Shown here piece by piece: positions 18,192 through 24,265 of a stretch of DNA of 24,265 bases. The position numbers and the translations under genes were made by a program. Positions within the stretch are counted from its first letter, which is position 1. Each line of letters opens with the position of its first letter. The stretch is from a virus (lineage: Duplodnaviria > Caudoviricetes). The notes below the pieces were generated by a model. That model worked only from the letters and a program-made list of their open reading frames with translations. It had not been told where the DNA came from and searched no databases. Location: positions 1 through 24,265 of IMG/VR virus record IMGVR_UViG_3300030372_002743, one strand, 5' to 3'.

Positions 18192-18540
18192 ACTAAGAGA
18201 ATTTGCTTGTAATTGTTGTGGTAAAAGTAAAATAAATAGAACATTTTTAAAAGTTTTGAATGCAGCAAGAGGCTACTCAAAAAATGAAGATGGCTCAGAT
18301 ATACCTTTTATTATTACAAGTGGTTACAGATGCGAAAATCACCCTGAATCGGTTAAAAATTTAAAAAGTTCACATATAAAAGGTTTAGCAGCTGATATTT
18401 TAGTTAAGAATAGTAGGGAAAGAGCTGTAATATTAGGGGCTTTAATGAATGCTGGTTTTAGTAGGTTTGGAATAGGTCACAACTTTATCCATGTTGACTT
18501 AGACGAAGATAAAATACAAGGTGTAATTTGGACTTATTAA
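18178..18540 (+). CDS. endolysin, zinc peptidase M15A family
   Basis: EFACNCCG, ITSGYRC, SSHIKGLAAD, FIHVD motifs; next to holins. Confidence 0.9.
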   Translation: MKYFKLREFACNCCGKSKINRTFLKVLNAARGYSKNEDGSDIPFIITSGYRCENHPESVKNLKSSHIKGLAADILVKNSRERAVILGALMNAGFSRFGIGHNFIHVDLDEDKIQGVIWTY

Positions 18541-19767
18541 ATGGAATCCAAGTATTTAGAATATTTAGATGAAATAATAGAACATTTTTGGAATGGCAAT
18601 GGTTATCAAGCTATTGCTAAACATCTTATTGAAAAATATAATTTAAACGTTAAAAAAGAAACTCTTAGGCATAGGATAAAAGATATTATACAATATGAGA
18701 TAGCTGACAAAGAAGTTATTGAAGAAAACTTAAAATTAGCTAAAAAAAGCCAAAAACAAGCTGACCTTAATAGAATAAAAAACAAATCATTTAGAGAGCA
18801 TTCTAGGCTTGAAAATGCTTTAGTTGAATACAATAAGGCTTTGATTGATATTCTTAAAACAGAGAGCCTTAAAACAACAATAAAACAGCATAAATCAAAA
18901 GGTAAACAAGCTATCATTGTTCAAATAGCCGATACACACTTTAACGAGTTAGTTGACTTAAAAAATAATAAATATGATTTTGAGGTTGCATCTAAAAGGT
19001 TGCAAAAGTTTGCACATCACATAAAAGAATATGCTAGTTTTTATAATGTTAATGAAATATTAATTGCAATAACTGGTGATTTGTTAAACTCAGATAGAAG
19101 GCTTGACGAAAAACTTGCAATGAGTACAAATAGAGCTAAAGCTACTTTTTTAGGTGTTCATTTATTAAAACATTTTATTTTAGATTTAAATAGCATTGCT
19201 AATGTAAGTGTTGGTTGTGTTTCTGGAAATGAATCAAGAGCTTATGAGTTGGGCTGGGTTGATATTGTTGCAACTGATAATTATGATTTTACAATATTTG
19301 AAATACTTAGAATGTTGTTGCCAGATATTAATTTTATTACATCTGGAGGATTAGAATTGGTTGTTGAGGTTAATGGGCATAAATGCCTAATAATTCATGG
19401 GCATCAACTCGGTAACATGCAAAATGATAAAATTGCTAAAGTTATTAGTAAATATGCAAGAAATGGAATAATATTAGATTTTATGATTTGTGGTCATTTA
19501 CATGAAACTAAGATTACAGATATGTTTGCAAGGTCAAGTTCATTAGTAGGGGCTAATGCTTATAGTGAAAATGCTTTATTATTAAGCTCTAAGGCGGCAC
19601 AAAACATATATATTATGAAAGATAATGAAAGGCATGATATAAGAATTGATTTGCAACACACTAAAGGATTTAAAGGCTATGCAATAAATAAAGAACTATC
19701 AGCTTATAATGCTAAAAGTTTAGATAAAACACATAAAAAACAAACAGTTTTTAAAATTGTTATATAA
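18541..19767 (+). CDS. calcineurin-like metallophosphoesterase with N-terminal helical/coiled-coil region
   Basis: ADTH, TGDLLN, SGNE, HGH, GHLH motifs in canonical order. Confidence 0.82.
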   Translation: MESKYLEYLDEIIEHFWNGNGYQAIAKHLIEKYNLNVKKETLRHRIKDIIQYEIADKEVIEENLKLAKKSQKQADLNRIKNKSFREHSRLENALVEYNKALIDILKTESLKTTIKQHKSKGKQAIIVQIADTHFNELVDLKNNKYDFEVASKRLQKFAHHIKEYASFYNVNEILIAITGDLLNSDRRLDEKLAMSTNRAKATFLGVHLLKHFILDLNSIANVSVGCVSGNESRAYELGWVDIVATDNYDFTIFEILRMLLPDINFITSGGLELVVEVNGHKCLIIHGHQLGNMQNDKIAKVISKYARNGIILDFMICGHLHETKITDMFARSSSLVGANAYSENALLLSSKAAQNIYIMKDNERHDIRIDLQHTKGFKGYAINKELSAYNAKSLDKTHKKQTVFKIVI

Positions 19768-19773
19768 TTTTTA

Positions 19774-19781
19774 TATATTTG
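19774..19781 (+). promoter_or_regulatory. Bacteroidota-type -7 promoter box (TAnnTTTG)
   Basis: TATATTTG, exact consensus match, intergenic; -33 box not clear. Confidence 0.55.
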
Positions 19782-19784
19782 GCT

Positions 19785-19858
19785 GTTTTTTTAAGTTTGA
19801 CAGTAATAGTTTTTGTAATATTTGTTTGAAAAAGGCTCTCGCATGAGGGTCTTTTTTT
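19785..19858 (+). ncRNA. candidate ~70-nt antisense small RNA
   Basis: Bounded by promoter box and terminator; no ORF; 19816-19829 is the exact reverse complement of 19947-19960. Confidence 0.5.
19829..19858 (+). terminator. intrinsic terminator (end of late operon and/or sRNA)
   Basis: AAAAA-GGCTCTC-GCAT-GAGGGTC-TTTTTTT; G:U pairs favour the + strand. Confidence 0.8.
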
Positions 19859-19933
19859 ATTTATATATATCTAGTAAATTAAAATAAATGTAAAGTTTTT
19901 TACAATTTATGCTATTTATGTTAAAAAGTATTA

Positions 19934-19941
19934 TATCTTTG
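19934..19941 (+). promoter_or_regulatory. Bacteroidota-type -7 promoter box for early operon
   Basis: TATCTTTG, 35 nt upstream of the ATG at 19976, just after a terminator. Confidence 0.7.
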
Positions 19942-19975
19942 TACAATCAAACAAATATTATTAAAAGAATATATT

Positions 19976-20197
19976 ATGAAAATAGAAATTAGAGATTTAG
20001 AAAACTATAAAAATTATTTAGACATTCTAAAAGAATTAAATTTAGATTATTCGGATAATGTGTCAAATAGATATGAATATGCTAAAAAATATGAACAAAA
20101 CGAACACTTAGTTTTTAAAGTAGATAAATCTGAATTTATAGATTGTTTAGAAATTTACGAAATTAATTCTGAAAAATATTATTATAAAATTTCTTAA
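19976..20197 (+). CDS. hypothetical protein (first early gene)
   Basis: 73 aa, very AT-rich, follows promoter. Confidence 0.65.
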   Translation: MKIEIRDLENYKNYLDILKELNLDYSDNVSNRYEYAKKYEQNEHLVFKVDKSEFIDCLEIYEINSEKYYYKIS

Positions 20198-20199
20198 TT

Positions 20200-20418
20200 A
20201 TGAAACAGCACATTGTAAAACATAAACAAAATAAGAAAGAGTATTTACTAAACTCAGTTGAATTAGATAAGTTTTTTAAAATGCAAGATATAGAAAACTA
20301 TACAATAAAAGATAAATTAACAGCTCAAGAAATATTAGGTAACGTTATTGCATTTATAACAGTTGCAATTGGATCAATAGGTTTACTAATGTTAGGAGCT
20401 ATAATGGATAAACTATAA
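20200..20418 (+). CDS. small protein with C-terminal transmembrane helix
   Basis: ILGNVIAFITVAIGSIGLLMLGAIM. Confidence 0.7.
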   Translation: MKQHIVKHKQNKKEYLLNSVELDKFFKMQDIENYTIKDKLTAQEILGNVIAFITVAIGSIGLLMLGAIMDKL

Positions 20419-20948
20419 TGGAAAAATTAATTAGTTACTATCCCAATGGGATTATGTTAAAAAAAGGCATAAATAATTATCCTGAAAAATATATAGATTT
20501 TAATGATTTAATAAAAATTATGAAATCTGATAATTTAAAAATTCAAATAAATAATTTAAGAAAATTTGAATATAAAAGTTGTGATTATAATTATTACAAA
20601 AAACGCTTACCAGTTGTTTTATTTAATAAGTTTAAATATAATTTAAATGATGGTATTTTACAAGAAAATTTTATAAAGCCATTTGATGTAGATTTTATAG
20701 ATAATAGTAAATTACAAATTAAAATATTTAAAGAACAAATAAAAAAAGAATCAATATTTGTAATTGACAGCCCAAGTGGAAAAGGTATAAAGTTTTTTAT
20801 TAAAAAATTATTTAACACTCTTGATCCTTATTTATATTATGAAAAATATAAAGAATTATGTAGGTTATATGAAAAAAAATATAATATAAGATTGGATTAT
20901 GCACAAGGTAGAATTAAACAACCATTTTTTTTAACTTATATAAATTAA
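20418..20948 (+). CDS. BT4734/VirE N-terminal-like (AEP primase-type) domain protein
   Basis: KKRLP, FDVD (DxD), SPSGKGIK, D..QGR motifs. Confidence 0.7.
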   Translation: MEKLISYYPNGIMLKKGINNYPEKYIDFNDLIKIMKSDNLKIQINNLRKFEYKSCDYNYYKKRLPVVLFNKFKYNLNDGILQENFIKPFDVDFIDNSKLQIKIFKEQIKKESIFVIDSPSGKGIKFFIKKLFNTLDPYLYYEKYKELCRLYEKKYNIRLDYAQGRIKQPFFLTYIN

Positions 20949-20949
20949 C

Positions 20950-21324
20950 ATGACAAAAAAAGAACTAGCTAAAATCTATAAAGATTACAATTTAAGTAAA
21001 GATGATATTTATCAAGATAGAAGAGGTTTTGTAATAATAACAAGGTCTGGAATTGAAAAAATACAATTTGACCAAAACATTAAAATAGAATATGATGTAA
21101 TTAAATGTGACAAAGACAATGTAGTAATAAAAGCTACAAGTTATTTACAAGATCAAGATGACTGGCTTAAGCAAATAGAAACATTTGGTAGTGCTACTGA
21201 CAAAAATTGCATACAACATTTTAAAGTTGAAATAGCTGAAAAAAGAGCTAAGGCAAGATGTATTGTTCAAACAATAGGCTTTACTAACACATATTCAGAA
21301 GATGAATTAAAACATCAGCCATAA
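20950..21324 (+). CDS. conserved-looking phage protein, possible Rad52/Sak-like annealing protein
   Basis: IITRSGIEKI, ETFGSA, AEKRAKAR, YSEDE; fold call is tentative. Confidence 0.45.
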   Translation: MTKKELAKIYKDYNLSKDDIYQDRRGFVIITRSGIEKIQFDQNIKIEYDVIKCDKDNVVIKATSYLQDQDDWLKQIETFGSATDKNCIQHFKVEIAEKRAKARCIVQTIGFTNTYSEDELKHQP

Positions 21325-21716
21325 TGATTACAAGAGATAAAATAATTAGTCATGCTTTAAACATAAGTTGTAAAATTTATAACGCTGATAAAAATTATGT
21401 TATTAGTAACAATAATAGATTTTCTACAACAATAAAAGCAAAAAGAATGTTTATTTATTATTTATATGAATTTATGGAAATTAAGCACAATGGTATGAAA
21501 AAATACATTAAAGACATAAATCATGCATCAAGCATTCATCATGTAAATAAATTTAAGTTTGAAAAAGATAATTACAATGACGTTAAAAAATGTTTTAGTG
21601 AATTTATGACAGAAATGCGAAGATTTAACGTTTATGGTGGCGGTTTTTATGAAAAAAGAAAAGAAATTAAAAAATTATTAGAAGAACTAAACAAAGTAAA
21701 AAATGAAAAAAATTAA
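21324..21716 (+). CDS. DnaA C-terminal-like HTH protein
   Basis: AKRMFIYYL...INHASSIHHVNK resembles DnaA domain IV (AR..amYL...dHtTvih). Confidence 0.55.
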   Translation: MITRDKIISHALNISCKIYNADKNYVISNNNRFSTTIKAKRMFIYYLYEFMEIKHNGMKKYIKDINHASSIHHVNKFKFEKDNYNDVKKCFSEFMTEMRRFNVYGGGFYEKRKEIKKLLEELNKVKNEKN

Positions 21717-21981
21717 CATTACTAAAGATCAAGTTAAAACTCAAAGAGAGGCTATAATGTGGCATCTAAAAACTTATGGTAAAATAACAAGCTGGGAGGC
21801 AATTAAAGAATATGGTGCAACTAGGCTTTCTGACATTATATTTAGGTTAAAAAATGAGGGTTATAATATTAAAACAAATCTAGTAAAAAAAGAAAATAGG
21901 TTTGGAAATATTACAACAATTGCTAAATATGAATATTCTATGCCAACTTATTATGAACAAGAACAAATTATTTGGGGATGA
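21703..21981 (+). CDS. winged HTH protein (HTH_39-like)
   Basis: TQ..IMWHL...GKITSWEA...YGATRLSDIIFRLK..GYNI. Confidence 0.8.
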   Translation: MKKINITKDQVKTQREAIMWHLKTYGKITSWEAIKEYGATRLSDIIFRLKNEGYNIKTNLVKKENRFGNITTIAKYEYSMPTYYEQEQIIWG

Positions 21982-22622
21982 AGATACTAAATTTATATGC
22001 TTGTCTTGGTGGAAACAGATTTAAGTGGAATGAAGTTAAAGAAGATATACAAGTTACAGCTGTTGAACTTGATCCAGAATGTGCAAGATTATATCAAGAA
22101 AGATTTCCTAATGACAAAGTTATAATTGGTGATGCACATCAATACTTATTAGATCATTACAAAGAATTTGATTTTATTTGGAGTAGTCCACCATGTCCAA
22201 CTCACAGTAGAATTAATATTTCTATGAAAACTAAACATAAAATGCGTTATCCAGCTATGGAGTTATACCAAGAAATTATTTTTTTAGATACTTTTTTTAA
22301 TGGAAAATACTGTGTTGAAAATGTTATACCATATTATGATCCATTAATTTCAGCAAAAAAAAGAGGAAGGCATTTATATTGGACAAATTTTAATTTGCCA
22401 AATAAATTAAGTAATAAAAAAAATCCAGATTTTACAAGAATAAAAAATCATATAAAAGTTATGTCAAATTATCACAATTACGATTTTAATAAATATAATG
22501 GTAAACAACCAAAAAGTAAAATGGCAAACAATCTTGTTTTTTATGAAGATGGTAAAATAATATTTGAAACTATGTTAGGTATAATAAAAAAGGAAAACAC
22601 AAATCAAACAGAATTATTTTGA
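21978..22622 (+). CDS. DNA cytosine-C5 methyltransferase, compact
   Basis: Motif I LNLYACLGG, II AVELD, IV SPPC, VI ENV, VIII RGR; ATG at 21978 (ATGA overlap). Confidence 0.88.
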   Translation: MKILNLYACLGGNRFKWNEVKEDIQVTAVELDPECARLYQERFPNDKVIIGDAHQYLLDHYKEFDFIWSSPPCPTHSRINISMKTKHKMRYPAMELYQEIIFLDTFFNGKYCVENVIPYYDPLISAKKRGRHLYWTNFNLPNKLSNKKNPDFTRIKNHIKVMSNYHNYDFNKYNGKQPKSKMANNLVFYEDGKIIFETMLGIIKKENTNQTELF

Positions 22623-23287
22623 TGGACATAGTTAGAGTAATAAAAAGCAAAGATTACACTACTATTTGTAATCGTATTTTCAAAGATAAAAGATTGTCTT
22701 TAAAAGCTAAAGGATTGTTAGCTATGTTACTAAGTTTTAGTGATAATTGGAATTTATCAATAAAAGGATTAGAAGCTATTTTAAAAGAAGGTAGAACAAG
22801 CCTTAGATCAACAATGAGTGAATTAATTAAATTAGGTTATGTTGAAAGACAACAAATTAGAAAAGATAATAAATTTATTGGCGTTGATTATATAGTTTTT
22901 GAATCACCGAAGTCACAAAACCTGACATCACAAAACCTGACATCACAAAACAGCCCACAAGTAAGTAATAATATAATAAATAATCAACTTAATAAAGATA
23001 ACAGTAAAAATCAATTTTTTATTGAGGTTATGGCTTTTAAAAATTACAATAAAGAATTATTAATTGAATTTTTTGAATATTGGTCTGAGCCAACAAAAAA
23101 AGGTGTTTTAAAAAAAGATACAATGAAAACATGGTCAACATCAAGAAGGCTTAAAACATGGGCTAAAAATGAATCAAAATGGGCTTTAAACAGCGTTGGC
23201 ATAAGCAAAGTTGATAAGCATTTACAATCACACAATGAAGCAATGCAAATATTAAAACAAATACAAGAAAATGATAAAAAAAATTAG
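22622..23287 (+). CDS. phage replication initiator (N-terminal HTH)
   Basis: YTTICN.IFKD.RLSLKAKGLL..LLS, ELIKLGY; internal tandem repeats; C-terminal EFFEYW...W...RRLKTW. Confidence 0.82.
   Translation: MDIVRVIKSKDYTTICNRIFKDKRLSLKAKGLLAMLLSFSDNWNLSIKGLEAILKEGRTSLRSTMSELIKLGYVERQQIRKDNKFIGVDYIVFESPKSQNLTSQNLTSQNSPQVSNNIINNQLNKDNSKNQFFIEVMAFKNYNKELLIEFFEYWSEPTKKGVLKKDTMKTWSTSRRLKTWAKNESKWALNSVGISKVDKHLQSHNEAMQILKQIQENDKKN
22907..23023. repeat. iterons plus AT-rich tract: probable replication origin
   Basis: TCACAAAACCTGACA x2 (22913-22942) plus TCACAAAAC (22943-22951), then an AT-rich run at 22961-23023. Confidence 0.72.
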
Positions 23288-23624
23288 TGAAGCCGAGCTA
23301 ACAAAAATGTGCGTTGAATTATTATCAAAAACATATCTTGATCTTGGTCAACACAATATAGATGCTAAAACAAAAGTTTTAATGGCTCAAAGTTTAGCAA
23401 CAGATTTAAAAAAATCATTTTCAAATTTATTGTGGCTTGATGTAAAACAAGCATTTTGGAATGGTGTCCGCAATACAGAGGATTTTAGTATTAATGCTAA
23501 AACATATTATAAGTGGATAAAATTATGGAGAAATATTATTTGGAATAATGAAGGTGTTGCAGACCACCAAAAAGATAAACGTCTTGCATATAGAAGTGAA
23601 ACTAAATTAATAACTAATAAATAA
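23271..23624 (+). CDS. hypothetical protein, possible helicase loader
   Basis: 117 aa overlapping the initiator; function inferred from position only. Confidence 0.5.
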   Translation: MIKKISEAELTKMCVELLSKTYLDLGQHNIDAKTKVLMAQSLATDLKKSFSNLLWLDVKQAFWNGVRNTEDFSINAKTYYKWIKLWRNIIWNNEGVADHQKDKRLAYRSETKLITNK

Positions 23625-23630
23625 ATAAAA

Positions 23631-23873
23631 ATGGCAAAACCAACTAATTTAAATGAAGATGAATTAAAATCATTACAAGAAAATGTAAGCAAACTTAATC
23701 AAGTACATATTGAACTAGGGAGGCTTGAAAACCAAAAGCATAAAATTTTACATCAAGTAAATGAAATAGAATCTTTGTTTGATGAATTTCAAAAACAATT
23801 AGAAGATAAATATGGCAAAGTAAGTATAAACATAGAAAATGGAGAACTATCTGAAATAGAAGAAAATGAATGA
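23631..23873 (+). CDS. acidic coiled-coil hypothetical protein
   Basis: 80 aa heptad pattern ending LEDKYGKVSINIENGE. Confidence 0.7.
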   Translation: MAKPTNLNEDELKSLQENVSKLNQVHIELGRLENQKHKILHQVNEIESLFDEFQKQLEDKYGKVSINIENGELSEIEENE

Positions 23874-24153
23874 AAATGATGACATTTTAATAGCTGAGGA
23901 CTGGTGGTTAAAACCTTCTTTGTTACCTACAAATGTTTGGAGTTATGACAAGGGTAAAAATGGTGGTTATGTTGCTGACTTTGCTAGTGTAGGTAGAGAT
24001 TTGCGATTAATAGGCACAAAAAAACAAATAACAGAATGGTGGCGTAAAACTGGTGTTGAGGTTAAAGATATTTGGGATGCTGAACTTACTGAGCAACATA
24101 AAGAGCTATATGAAAGAAATTGTAAACAAGTAGTTGTAATAAGATTAATTTAA
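23866..24153 (+). CDS. hypothetical protein
   Basis: 95 aa, Trp-rich, overlaps both neighbours. Confidence 0.7.
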   Translation: MNENDDILIAEDWWLKPSLLPTNVWSYDKGKNGGYVADFASVGRDLRLIGTKKQITEWWRKTGVEVKDIWDAELTEQHKELYERNCKQVVVIRLI

Positions 24154-24265
24154 TGAAAACAGAAAGATATTTAAATAGTGTTATTGAATTATTAGATGTA
24201 ATGTCTATTGAATTAAAAGAAAAAGAAAAAAATTGTGTAGATGGTAGAATGTTAATTAGAATAGG
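24153..24265 (+). CDS. hypothetical protein, truncated by window end
   Basis: TAATG coupling; MKTERYLNSVIELLDVMSIELKEKEK... open to the end. Confidence 0.6.
   Translation, partial: MKTERYLNSVIELLDVMSIELKEKEKNCVDGRMLIRI

Noticed and set aside
19768-19975. Lysogeny module or attP site
   Set aside because: No integrase, divergent repressor or recognisable att core; these may lie outside the window.
22913-22951. CRISPR-like mini-array
   Set aside because: Head-to-tail repeats without spacers, in frame inside a gene.
7165-23692. All minus-strand ORFs in the track (e.g. 14766-15302, 18606-18917, 17794-18024)
   Set aside because: They lie opposite well-supported + strand genes or the hand-found micro-ORFs, have Phe/Leu/Ser-biased shadow composition and no motifs.
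1-24265. Stop-codon reassignment, tRNAs, introns or inteins
   Set aside because: Genes tile densely under the standard bacterial code, TAA, TGA and TAG all end genes, core proteins have normal lengths, and no cloverleaf was seen.

Overview
AT-rich fragment of a tailed dsDNA phage (HK97-like siphovirus), with every credible gene on the + strand. Order: zinc-ribbon ORF, terminase small and large subunits, portal, prohead protease with an extra N-terminal domain, major capsid, head-tail/neck genes, tail tube, tail chaperone with a -1 frameshift, short tape measure, one 2030-aa fused tail-tip/fibre protein, lysis cassette (holins, M15 peptidase), metallophosphoesterase. A ~200-bp control region follows, then an early/replication operon (BT4734-like primase domain, putative annealing protein, DnaA-C-like and HTH proteins, C5 methyltransferase, initiator with internal iterons). 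TAnnTTTG promoter boxes and A-rich, SD-less start regions suggest a Bacteroidota host (inference). No integrase, CI-like repressor, polymerase, tRNA or CRISPR array was seen. The most striking signals are in RNA. (1) A promoter-terminator unit of ~70 nt carries a perfect 14-nt antisense match to the 5' end of the neighbouring early transcript, suggesting an sRNA switch. (2) A hairpin loop pairs with the tail-chaperone start site. (3) A structured A_AAA_AAG frameshift signal sits at the end of the chaperone gene. All product calls come from motif recognition and gene order, not database searches.
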